Program-made: the position numbers and the translations under genes
The notes under the pieces: generated by a model
What the model was told of the DNA's origin: nothing
What the model saw: only the letters and a program-made list of their open reading frames with translations
The model's database searches: none
Source: Deltaproteobacteria bacterium
Lineage (GTDB): Bacteria; Desulfobacterota; BSN033; UBA1163
Reading direction: 5' to 3'
DNA: 53,670 nucleotides
NCBI GenBank assembly: GCA_037441765.1
Contig: JBBIRM010000005.1
Coordinates: 1,520 to 55,189, forward strand
Shown here: one piece after another, positions 18,223 through 26,485 of the stretch
Numbering within the stretch: position 1 is the stretch's first letter
How the letters are laid out: each line of letters starts with the position of its first letter

Positions 18223-18495
18223 TTATTCTAATGCCCATTTCTTTAACCGCTCATAGTCCGTAGAACCACAGATCCATTTACCAGTCTTTTTGTTAAAGAA
18301 AAAAGGCACGCCTCCACAATACCCCTTATCATACTCTCTCATCAGTTTGGCATTGGCTTCATTGTGCCAGACTTCCAGTCTTGCCACTTTGACCCCTTCT
18401 TCATCCTCTAACCTCTCCACGAGAGGTTCCATCTTTTGGCAATGGGGTCATTCTGCGCCAGTAAATTCCAAGAGATAAAATTCTTCTTTGACCAT
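18223..18495 (-). CDS. Thioredoxin-fold (glutaredoxin-like) selenoprotein with a U-P-H-C redox motif
   Basis: The track ORF (69 aa) starts just after the redox motif. Extending upstream gives MVKEEFYLLEFTGAE-TGA-PHCQKMEPLVERLE, with the TGA (18448-18450) in the first position of a CxxC motif. SD GGAGG precedes ATG 18495 and a hairpin follows the TGA. Confidence 0.75.
18410..18428 (-). promoter_or_regulatory. SECIS-like hairpin of the thioredoxin-like selenoprotein gene
   Basis: The mRNA reads AACCUCUC-GUG-GAGAGGUU, a perfect 8-bp stem with a G/U-containing loop, starting 19 nt after the UGA. Confidence 0.6.
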
Positions 18496-18532
18496 TTTTC
18501 TCCTCCTTTCAGGGTTGAAACCCAAAAGATTC

Positions 18533-19561
18533 TCATTCAACCTTTAGAGTTGATAAAAGGATTCTTTTTCCGATCATATTCGCAATTGGGCTATATAGCA
18601 TGACCAATACAATCAGAGGAAGAAAAGATGCGGTCAGTGAGTCCGATTTAAACCCTTCTATGAAGTAGGCAATGATAAGAAGAATGGCAGTAAAGTTATG
18701 GGTACATATCATGCCGAGGTTGGCAGGAGCCATCTTTACGGGATCTTCATAATACCTTTTTAATATCGAGATCGTTTTAAAAGCTATCGGAAGAGTTAAA
18801 AGGGATATGATCCCAATCTTAGGGATCTTTCCTAAGATGATGCCCAAGAGGATGACAACATAGGCTGAAATAAGGCTTAGGATAAAAAGTCTCACCCCTG
18901 CCTCTTTACCGAACCTGGCAACAAGGTTCAGTTTCCCAGCCCGGCGATCTTCAAGATAATCTGGGATCTCATTGATAGTAATCATCGAGAAAAGCATAAT
19001 CCCGAAGGGAAATGTCCCCCAGAAGGCCTCCCAGGAGATTTTCTGTGTCTGAACATAATATGCACCTAACCCGATGCCAGGCCCAAAACATAGAAGTTGG
19101 GCAATTTCACCTAACCCCCTGTAACCGAATCGAACAGGAGGAGCGGTATAAAAGAAGGCACAAAAAAAACCAAATGCTAGAAGAAATAAAACAAACCTAC
19201 CCCTTAAAATTCCTAAAAAGATTCCAATCCCAATTGCAATTATATAGAAACTCGCAAAAACATTTCTCATCTGAATTGGACTGATTGTCCCCTTAGAGAG
19301 AACACCACTTCCGCCCGAATAGGGATTCCCATGAGTATCTAAGGCATCGACCAGATGACGAAAATCGTAATAGTCATCTGTCATGTTTAGGGCCAGGTGA
19401 TTAAAGACGAGACCCAGAATGGCCAGAAGGAAGTATTTAGGATGAAATTGCCCATCATAAGTCCAGGCGATCGTTCCACCTAAAATTGCCGGCATAAAAC
19501 TGGCAGAGGTATAGTGAAATCTAAAGGCCCTCCACCAGATTTTCAAGCCTCCTGATTTCAT
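18533..19561 (-). CDS. UbiA-family aromatic prenyltransferase (MenA-like)
   Basis: Polytopic membrane protein with the Asp-rich motif NMTDDYYDFRHLVD and a second motif IPDYLEDRRAGK; 342 aa. Confidence 0.7.
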   Translation of the reverse strand: MKSGGLKIWWRAFRFHYTSASFMPAILGGTIAWTYDGQFHPKYFLLAILGLVFNHLALNMTDDYYDFRHLVDALDTHGNPYSGGSGVLSKGTISPIQMRNVFASFYIIAIGIGIFLGILRGRFVLFLLAFGFFCAFFYTAPPVRFGYRGLGEIAQLLCFGPGIGLGAYYVQTQKISWEAFWGTFPFGIMLFSMITINEIPDYLEDRRAGKLNLVARFGKEAGVRLFILSLISAYVVILLGIILGKIPKIGIISLLTLPIAFKTISILKRYYEDPVKMAPANLGMICTHNFTAILLIIAYFIEGFKSDSLTASFLPLIVLVMLYSPIANMIGKRILLSTLKVE

Positions 19562-19562
19562 C

Positions 19563-19964
19563 TTAACCCCTTTTCTTTCTTAAAAAATAATCGAGGCTCA
19601 GTCGTCCTGGTCCAACAACCAGAAGGAGAAGGCACCCTCCAAACATGCTCACATTTTTCATGAACATAATCATCTGGATTCTGTCGTTGAAATTGGTATG
19701 AAAGATGAGTGTGGTGGGAATAAGAAAGATAAGTATGAGAAACGTTCCAAATCGGGTAAAATACCCCAAAATGACACTAAGGCTTCCTACCAGTTCGAAT
19801 AAGATGGCACCGATTAGGAAGAAACTTGTGTAAGGCATCCCGAACTTGGCCATATACTGGGCTGTCCCTTCAAAGTTTCCTATCTTACCAATCCCAGAAT
19901 TTAGAAAGATGAGAACGAGTAAAATTCTACTAATCAAACTCCCAAAGGCCTTAATCCATTCCAT
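19563..19964 (-). CDS. DoxX-family membrane protein
   Basis: 133 aa with 4 predicted TM segments and DoxX-like sequence (LLVLIFLNSGIGKI ... FGMP). SD GAAGGAG precedes the start. Confidence 0.7.
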   Translation of the reverse strand: MEWIKAFGSLISRILLVLIFLNSGIGKIGNFEGTAQYMAKFGMPYTSFFLIGAILFELVGSLSVILGYFTRFGTFLILIFLIPTTLIFHTNFNDRIQMIMFMKNVSMFGGCLLLLVVGPGRLSLDYFLRKKRG

Positions 19965-20078
19965 TGTATTCTCCTTCTACTCTGTTAAATCTCCCTTTTC
20001 CTTTCAAGATAACCCCTTCCCGCTCTTATCTTAATAAGAAATGGGCGGATATAAATATTGACCAGAACCAGTAAGGGA

Positions 20079-20576
20079 TTAAAGATTGATATGAAGGTCT
20101 TTATACTTCTTTATATGTTCAACCAAACCCCCATCGCTCAAAATTCTTTTCATGGTATCTGGAATAGGAGAAAAAAGAATGATTTCATTCTTTGTGTGAT
20201 TTAAAACCTTTCCTTCATCAAGGAAAATCTCCAACTCATCTCCCCCACTGATTCTATTTGTATCGCAAATGATAGCAGGAAGGCCATTGTTGAAACAGTT
20301 TCGATAAAAGATGCGTGCAAAACTCTTTGCCAACACCGCCTGAATCCCATTCATCTTGATCACAATGGCAGCATGCTCCCGACTCGAACCTTGACCAAAG
20401 TTATCTCCTCCCACGATGAAATCCCCTGGCCTTACCTTCTCAGAAAAGCCTGGACTCTCATATTCCATAATATGCTTAGCCAGTTCTGGTAGATTGGACC
20501 TTAGATAAAAGTATCTTCCTGGAATAATATGGTCCGTGCTGATCCCGTCTCCAAACTTCCATGCTCTTCCTCTCAT
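20079..20576 (-). CDS. leuD: Aconitase-family dehydratase small subunit (LeuD/HacB type)
   Basis: 165 aa, short archaeal-type LeuD with GDNFGQGSSREHA. It lies 10 nt downstream of the leuC-like gene. Confidence 0.85.
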   Translation of the reverse strand: MRGRAWKFGDGISTDHIIPGRYFYLRSNLPELAKHIMEYESPGFSEKVRPGDFIVGGDNFGQGSSREHAAIVIKMNGIQAVLAKSFARIFYRNCFNNGLPAIICDTNRISGGDELEIFLDEGKVLNHTKNEIILFSPIPDTMKRILSDGGLVEHIKKYKDLHINL

Positions 20577-20586
20577 AAATTACTCC

Positions 20587-21840
20587 TCATAGATATTTTC
20601 TCGGGTCCGCGATCTTACCTTCAATGGCGGTTGCAGCAGCAACTGCAGGAGAGCCTAAATAGATAAATGATTCCGGACTCCCCATCCTCCCCTTGAAATT
20701 TCTTGGTTGGGTGGCTAAACAGACCTCGCCATCTCCTAAGACCCCTCCATGCAATCCCACACAGGCTCCACAACCAGGGGGGGTGATTAAGGCCCCTGAG
20801 GCAACTAAGGTTTCAATCGTGCCGTCTTTTAAAGCCTCCATATAAACTAAATGAGAACCAGGAGTAACAATCATCCTTGTCTTAGGATGAATAAATCTCC
20901 CCTTTAATATCTTTGAAGCGATCTGAAGATCTTCCAATCGTCCATTGCACGATGTCCCAAGAAAAACCTGATCTACCCTGACATCTCCGATTTCATCGAT
21001 AGTTTTAATATTGTCTACTTGATGTGGACAGGCAATGGTGGGTTTTAGGTCTTTTGCATTGATCCTTACGGTCTGCTCATAGGTTGCATCTGGATCGGGA
21101 AAAAGTTTTCTAAATTCATTTGACCTACCCATTCGATCTAACCACCCTTTGGTGATCTCATCAGAAGGGAAAAGCCCGACCTTTGCTCCTGCTTCAACAG
21201 CCATATTCGCAATGGTCAGCCTTCCGGCCATCCCAAGAGTTTCAATTGTATCCCCAGAAAACTCGAGGGCTTTGTAGGTGGCTCCATTTGATCTGATCTT
21301 CCCAATTAGATGAAGAATGATATCCTTCCCATAGACCCCTTCAGGAAGTCTTCCTTCAACCACAACTTGAATGGTTTCTGGAACCCTCAACCATATTTTA
21401 CAAAGTGCAATGGCAACTGCCGCATCGGTGGAACCAACCCCTGTTGCAAATGCACCCAGAGCCCCCCCTGTGCAGGTTTGGGTATCGGCGCCGTTTATCA
21501 GATCCCAAGGGTTCCCCCACCGCTCTGCTTCTACCGGGGGGGATATTCGTCACCCGAGTTCGGATACTGTTATTCCTGTCTTTTGAGCAAACTCCCTTAA
21601 AAAGATATGGTCGTTGCTCAGTTCAAACCTTGGACTTGGAGAGGCATGGTCAAAAAAGAAAATTGTCTTCTTAGGAGAACAGACCTTATCAAAACCCATT
21701 TCAATGATCTTCCTCACCGCTAAAGGACCAGTTCCGTCCTGGGTATAAGTGAGGTCAACATGAACCACCTTGATTTCGCCTGCACGAGCCTCCTCTCCTG
21801 CATGCTCACTCAGAATCTTTTCTGCCAACGTCATTCCCAT
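20587..21840 (-). CDS. leuC: Aconitase-family dehydratase large subunit (LeuC/HacA type) interrupted by one in-frame TGA at 21550-21552; Sec recoding or pseudogene unresolved
   Basis: The two track ORFs (96 aa and 267 aa) and the 159 nt between them form one frame: ...[70 protein letters not shown]... The C-terminal part has canonical GSCNGR and GCGACVG ligand motifs. The usual GADSHT reads GADTQT. Confidence 0.6.
21513..21543 (-). promoter_or_regulatory. GC-rich hairpin 6 nt downstream of the leuC in-frame UGA (possible SECIS)
   Basis: The mRNA reads UCCCCCCCG-GUAGAAGCAGAG-CGGUGGGGGA: 9 bp (8 of them G:C), one bulged U and a 12-nt loop. Confidence 0.4.
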
Positions 21841-21898
21841 AGGGGAACCTCTTCAATTTTTAAATAATTTTATAGCATAAATTTTTGATAACTTCACC

Positions 21899-21927
21899 TT
21901 GATTTTTTAAAAATCAGTCCTTATCTT
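21899..21927 (+). promoter_or_regulatory. Candidate hsp20 promoter overlapping a 17-nt palindrome
   Basis: TTGATT (21899-21904), a 17-nt spacer, then TATCTT (21922-21927). The palindrome TGATTTTT-T-AAAAATCA at 21900-21916 covers the -35 and spacer. Confidence 0.35.
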
Positions 21928-21952
21928 AAAATTAGAGAAAGGGGGTGTGATT

Positions 21953-22252
21953 ATGAACAACAGAACAAAATTTACCCCATGTGTCTGTGTCTCCCATGAT
22001 GACGAAAATGGACGTCTTAAAATCGAACTCGAACTTCCAGGAGTGGATAAAAAAGATATTTCCCTTGAGATGATGAAAGATCGTTTCTGCCTTTCTGCTC
22101 CGAGAGGAGAGGAGATTGAATATTCTGGCTGTTTCTGGTTGGCTCACGAAGTATTACCTGAAAAAGCAGAGGCGAAATTTGAAAGTGGTCTTCTCACCAT
22201 TTTCGTTCCAGTTAAGGAATTGGGAGAAAAAATTAATATCATGGTTCAATAG
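21953..22252 (+). CDS. Small heat-shock protein (minimal Hsp20/alpha-crystallin domain)
   Basis: Alpha-crystallin-like core (LKIELELPGVDKKDISLEM ... AEAKFESGLLTIFVP). SD AAGGGGGTG precedes ATG 21953; about 99 aa. Confidence 0.7.
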   Translation: MNNRTKFTPCVCVSHDDENGRLKIELELPGVDKKDISLEMMKDRFCLSAPRGEEIEYSGCFWLAHEVLPEKAEAKFESGLLTIFVPVKELGEKINIMVQ

Positions 22253-22276
22253 TAAGACACTATTAACTCTTCTTTT

Positions 22277-22314
22277 AAAGCCCTTCTAAAGAAATTTAGA
22301 AGGGCTTTAATTTT
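22277..22314 (+). terminator. Rho-independent terminator after hsp20
   Basis: Perfect 14-bp stem AAAGCCCTTCTAAA / TTTAGAAGGGCTTT with a GAAA loop, followed by AATTTT. Confidence 0.85.
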
Positions 22315-22371
22315 AAAAACAAATATAAAAATCCATTCTTTCATCCTAAATTCAATTTTAAAGAGATTTTT

Positions 22372-22387
22372 TGTAAAAATTTTCACA
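22372..22387 (+). promoter_or_regulatory. CRP/FNR-like inverted repeat upstream of the small Cys-rich ORF
   Basis: TGTAA-AAATTT-TCACA has one mismatch to the TGTGA-N6-TCACA architecture. It lies about 110 nt upstream of ATG 22497. Confidence 0.25.
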
Positions 22388-22496
22388 AAAATAAGTTTGA
22401 ACCAGTTAAGTTTAGTCGAAATGTAATGTTTTCGTTACGGAAGATTTACTTGAAATAGAAATTTAAATGGTTAAATTAATAAAAGGGGTGTTTAAA

Positions 22497-22622
22497 ATGA
22501 AAAAAACAAATAAAAAATCAAGTATAAAAAGTATTAAAAAACAACCAATAAAAATTTATGATTGCTGTTGGTATGAACCTTCTTATTCAAGACTCTGTTG
22601 TGGAGGCCTTTGCTGCTGTTGA
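22497..22622 (+). CDS. 41-aa Lys-rich / Cys-rich peptide (MKKTNKKSSIKSIKKQPIKIYDCCWYEPSYSRLCCGGLCCC)
   Basis: Not in the ORF track because it is under 60 aa. SD AAAGGGGTG lies 7 nt before the ATG. There are 7 Cys in the last 20 residues, arranged CC / CC / CCC. Confidence 0.45.
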   Translation: MKKTNKKSSIKSIKKQPIKIYDCCWYEPSYSRLCCGGLCCC

Positions 22623-22676
22623 TTGGGCTCAGCAGAAAGATGAAGAAGGTCAATATCCTGAAAGGGGTGAAAAAAA

Positions 22677-22841
22677 ATGTACGTAATCAAGGGGATTAAA
22701 CAATGCTCTTATTATGAGCTGGATGATAAAGAAGAAGTCTTATTGGTCCAAGTGGACCATTCAAAAGGGAAAAAAGAGGACTTCCTATTTAAACGTGAAA
22801 AGGTGGATTTCTTTATTCATCCAAGGGCAATCAGCGGGTGA
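22677..22841 (+). CDS. 54-aa hypothetical small protein
   Basis: MYVIKGIKQCSYYELDDKEEVLLVQVDHSKGKKEDFLFKREKVDFFIHPRAISG. It is preceded by the same SD-like AAAGGGGTG as the upstream peptide. I recognise no family. Confidence 0.35.
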   Translation: MYVIKGIKQCSYYELDDKEEVLLVQVDHSKGKKEDFLFKREKVDFFIHPRAISG

Positions 22842-22859
22842 AAGGTAGAAATTGACTCC

Positions 22860-24044
22860 TCAAGCCCTTCGATTATCAATGGGTACATATTCACAAGCCT
22901 GAGGACCACAGTAGGTTCCAATATAATCTGCATCAGGCCTATAGAGTTCAGGCTTGGATTGTGCTTCTGCAAATTTTTCTTCAATAATATGGGCTGTCCA
23001 CCCAGAGACTCTCGATATGGCGAATACAGGAGTGAAGAGATCGATGGGAATCCCCATCATATAATAGACCGAGGCGCTATAGAAATCGACGTTAGCATAA
23101 ATTTCTTTCCCTTTTAAACTTCTAAACTCCTCTTTTGTTGCTTCCTCAATGGCTTTGCTTAGTTCATACCATTTTAGGTTTCCTATCCGACTTGCAAGAT
23201 TTTTAGCAATTTCGCTTAGGATCCTCGCCCTCGGATCCACGGTTCGATAAACTGCATGTCCCATCCCCATGACCTTCCCACCTCTCCGAAGTTTTTCAGA
23301 AACCCATTCCTTCACTCGATCCAACTCCCCAATTTCAAGAAGCATCTTCATGACCTCACTGTTCGCCCCCCCATGAAGCTCGCCCGAGAGGGCCCCAACA
23401 GCAGCAACCACGGATGCATAAAGGTGAGCATGAGTGGAAGCAACCTCCCGGCCAGCAAAGGTGGATGCATTGAAGGAATGCTCTGCATGAAGTATTAGAC
23501 ATATATCAAAATCCCTATTGGTCTCCGCAGTGGGTGGAACACCAAATAACATATATAAAAAGTTTCCAGCATGATTGAGATCCAGAGAGGGGAGAATTGG
23601 ATCCATTCCTTTTCGAATTCTTTCCCAGGCAGAGACAATTGTTGGGAGTTTTGAAATGAGCCTTACAGCCTTTCTAAAATTTGCCTCTTTGGTTTCATCC
23701 TCCAATTCATGGTCATAACCTGCAAGCATGGATATCCCCGCTTGAAGAATGTCCATGGGATGGGTTGAAGCAGGCATTAGTTTCATCCAATCATAGATGG
23801 TTTGAGGAATACCTCTTTCTGATATCAGTTCTTTTTTAAATTTTTCTAAAGCCTCTGCTGTTGGGAGGTGATCCTTCAAGAGAAGGTAAGAGACCTCTTC
23901 AAAGGTTGAATGAGCGACGAGGTCACAGATATTGTAGCCTCGATAGATCAAATTTCCTCTCTCTCCATCAACATCTGAAATCTTTGTATCCGCAACTTTC
24001 ACTCCCCGAAGACCAATATTTTTTGCAATAATAATTTTTTCCAT
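22860..24044 (-). CDS. gltA: Citrate synthase (or 2-methylcitrate synthase), short type
   Basis: Citrate synthase motifs LHAEHSFNAST, GPLHGGAN-like (GELHGGAN) and MGMGHAVYRTVDPR. The start is likely ATG 24044 with AGGAAG upstream; the track start is a TTG extension. Confidence 0.85.
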   Translation of the reverse strand: MEKIIIAKNIGLRGVKVADTKISDVDGERGNLIYRGYNICDLVAHSTFEEVSYLLLKDHLPTAEALEKFKKELISERGIPQTIYDWMKLMPASTHPMDILQAGISMLAGYDHELEDETKEANFRKAVRLISKLPTIVSAWERIRKGMDPILPSLDLNHAGNFLYMLFGVPPTAETNRDFDICLILHAEHSFNASTFAGREVASTHAHLYASVVAAVGALSGELHGGANSEVMKMLLEIGELDRVKEWVSEKLRRGGKVMGMGHAVYRTVDPRARILSEIAKNLASRIGNLKWYELSKAIEEATKEEFRSLKGKEIYANVDFYSASVYYMMGIPIDLFTPVFAISRVSGWTAHIIEEKFAEAQSKPELYRPDADYIGTYCGPQACEYVPIDNRRA

Positions 24045-24061
24045 TTCTAACTTCCTCTCGA

Positions 24062-24772
24062 TCAACTTTCTTTTGGAAAGGTCATCTGTCCTCCATAGTA
24101 ACCTAAAAGAGTAACAATCGGGGTAAGAAGGAAGACCATAAGGAAGTAGAGGGGGCTCGTAATCTCATTTGACAAAATCCTCCATAAGATCAAAATGATT
24201 TCAAAAATGAGGAGCAGGGCAGAAAGCTGAATCTTCCTTTTAACAAAATAACTCATTTTAAGGCGATAATTGATCCACCATGTAAGTGCTCCAGTGGCCA
24301 TTGCAAAGGGAGAAGAGAGACTACCTAATAACAAGAGATAGAAAGCGGTCATTTCAAAGGAAGGGTTTCTGAATAAGAGATAGAGGAACAGGAATAAAGA
24401 GGAACCCATAATAAACGCAATAGGAAAGTGTACCATCATGGGATGAGGGTGTCGCTTGGCCATTGGAACCCTCTTGAGAAATTGCTGAAGATAGGGGGGG
24501 AGATGTTTTAATTCCTCAGAGACACCCTTCTTCAATCTTCCCACCTGTGGATAACGTTCAAGAACCTCTGCTCCATGAGGCGCTGCGAATATCTCTCCTG
24601 TGAGATCCTTCCCGGAAGAGTGTCTGTTCATATGGATTCCTTTAGACCAAAGAGGGCTTTTTGAGACATCATAGACTTTTTCTTCTAAGCAGATATATAC
24701 AGGTCTCCCTTCTTTCCCATTATAATAGGATAATTCTTCAGAATCGAATTCTTTCATTTTTTCCATGCTCAC
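24062..24772 (-). CDS. Cytochrome b5-like haem-binding domain fused to a DUF2231 membrane domain
   Basis: N-terminal b5-like domain (EELSYYNGKEGRPVYI ... HSSGKDLT ... APHG) and a C-terminal 4-TM DUF2231-like domain (HPMMVHFPIAF). The start overlaps the cytochrome c stop. Confidence 0.65.
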   Translation of the reverse strand: MSMEKMKEFDSEELSYYNGKEGRPVYICLEEKVYDVSKSPLWSKGIHMNRHSSGKDLTGEIFAAPHGAEVLERYPQVGRLKKGVSEELKHLPPYLQQFLKRVPMAKRHPHPMMVHFPIAFIMGSSLFLFLYLLFRNPSFEMTAFYLLLLGSLSSPFAMATGALTWWINYRLKMSYFVKRKIQLSALLLIFEIILILWRILSNEITSPLYFLMVFLLTPIVTLLGYYGGQMTFPKES

Positions 24773-25173
24773 TTCTTTTTGAGAGGAGATTTTGATGCTG
24801 AATATTCAACTACATAATAGACCAAACCCCAGCGCTCTTGTTCAGAGAGATGATCCCATTTAATCATGGAGGTATTGGGAATTCCCTTAGAAATTATCTG
24901 AAAAACCTTTCTAAGATCTCCTTTAGAGTAGGGCCACTGTTTAAAAGGTAAATTAAAGTCCCGTGGTGGAGGATTTAGTGAAGGGCCAAGCTGTCCCTTA
25001 CCGTCTCCCTTGATCCCATGACATGGGATACAGTTCTTTTCATAAAGTTTTTTCCCCTGGTTTAAAAGTTCAAGGTTTTTTGGGGGGATCTTTGTCTGTC
25101 CATTCAATATACAGGGTGAAGAAAGAAGAAAAATTAATATAATTAAGATCTTATCCAACAATGACTTTTTCAT
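24769..25173 (-). CDS. Monohaem cytochrome c (ActE-like position)
   Basis: Signal peptide, a single CIPCH motif and a distal Met region (NTSM); 134 aa. Confidence 0.75.
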   Translation of the reverse strand: MKKSLLDKILIILIFLLSSPCILNGQTKIPPKNLELLNQGKKLYEKNCIPCHGIKGDGKGQLGPSLNPPPRDFNLPFKQWPYSKGDLRKVFQIISKGIPNTSMIKWDHLSEQERWGLVYYVVEYSASKSPLKKK

Positions 25174-25183
25174 GTGGATCTCC

Positions 25184-26485
25184 TTATCTTAATGATCGCT
25201 GGGGGGATTCGATTCTTATCTCTTTTTTCTCTTTTTCTATCTCCCATATAGAAATTACAGGAAAGAATTTTGAAAAAAAGATAAAAGCCAGTGTGAACCC
25301 TGCACACAGACCTGCCATCATTGACCACTCAACCCAAGTTGGCATGTAGCTTCCTCTTAGGTAATGAAGACGAGGATGGGCAAGAGATGGGATAATGATG
25401 AGGAAGCGTTCAAGCCACATTCCGATAACCACTGAAATCGAAGTGATTAGGAGAAATATAGGTGTTCTCTTTAAGATCAGAAGTGGAAAGGGGATGATAA
25501 AACACAGAGTAACCATGCTCCAGAAAAGTGGAGCATATCTCCCCGTGATTTTACTCCACAGAACATTTAGCTCATGTGTTCCTCCTCCGTAGACTACGGT
25601 CAGATGTTCCGCAAAGGTAAAATAGGCCCAGAGAAGAGTAAATACTAGTAGAAGCAGTCCCATGTTATTGAAGTGGTAAGGCGTTAAATACTCCTCCAGA
25701 TGGTAAACCCTCCTAAGCAAGATCGTTACTATAAGAATTGTTGCGATGCCTGAGAAGATTGCTCCTGTAACAAAATAAGGAGCAAATATAGTGCTGTACC
25801 ACATTGGCTGGGTCTGCAACCCGAAGACCCAGGAGACCACTGTATGCACGCTTACAGCAATAGGAATAACTGCTATGCATAAAAATCCAACAACATTAAG
25901 AAGGACTTTCCATTGGTTTTCGGTTCCCTTCCATCCGAGAGAAAGGGGTTTATAAATCCACTTTCTTTTTGGAAAGATCTCTCTTAGCAACCCTATGTCG
26001 GGTATCATGAGGACATAGAGGAAGATGATGCTTACCGCGAAATAGGTCATAATGCACCCAAAATCCCATATCAATGGGGATTTAAACTGCGCATGAAGCG
26101 GGACCCAATAGAATCTTATGGATCTACCAAGGTCAAAGAGGATATTGGTTGGTCCAGCGGCAAGAGCAAAAACCGTAACTGCTTCGGCAGCCCTTCCAAA
26201 AGGCGTTCCCCATTTTGCATTAGTTATTCTTAATACTGCAGAGACAAGAGCCCCTGCATGGCTTATGCCGATGAAGAATACAAAGTTTACAAGATAAAGA
26301 GTCCAGGACATGGGGTGGCCCATCCCTGTCTTTCCAAGACCCCATTGGTACTGCCAGCCAAAGGCAAAAAAAGACCAGAGAAATATAATGGAGAGTGGGA
26401 TGACAGTCAACCAGAACCATAGGCTCACACGGGTCAAGGGCTTAACGATTTGACCGTACTTAATTGCAAGATTCTGGCTATCCAT
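25184..26485 (-). CDS. NrfD/PsrC-family integral membrane quinone-interacting subunit (ActC/QrcD-like)
   Basis: 433 aa with about 10 hydrophobic segments and NrfD-like sequence. It overlaps the FeS subunit gene by 8 nt. Confidence 0.8.
   Translation of the reverse strand: MDSQNLAIKYGQIVKPLTRVSLWFWLTVIPLSIIFLWSFFAFGWQYQWGLGKTGMGHPMSWTLYLVNFVFFIGISHAGALVSAVLRITNAKWGTPFGRAAEAVTVFALAAGPTNILFDLGRSIRFYWVPLHAQFKSPLIWDFGCIMTYFAVSIIFLYVLMIPDIGLLREIFPKRKWIYKPLSLGWKGTENQWKVLLNVVGFLCIAVIPIAVSVHTVVSWVFGLQTQPMWYSTIFAPYFVTGAIFSGIATILIVTILLRRVYHLEEYLTPYHFNNMGLLLLVFTLLWAYFTFAEHLTVVYGGGTHELNVLWSKITGRYAPLFWSMVTLCFIIPFPLLILKRTPIFLLITSISVVIGMWLERFLIIIPSLAHPRLHYLRGSYMPTWVEWSMMAGLCAGFTLAFIFFSKFFPVISIWEIEKEKKEIRIESPQRSLR

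Noticed and set aside
22620-22679. The Cys-rich peptide ORF and the 54-aa ORF are in the same frame and separated only by four TGA codons (22620, 22641, 22659, 22668), suggesting a multi-Sec fusion protein.
   Set aside because: I saw no convincing hairpin after any of these TGAs. The second ORF has its own SD identical to the first one. Four closely spaced Sec codons would be unprecedented for bacteria, so two separate small ORFs is the simpler reading. The coincidence is still noted.
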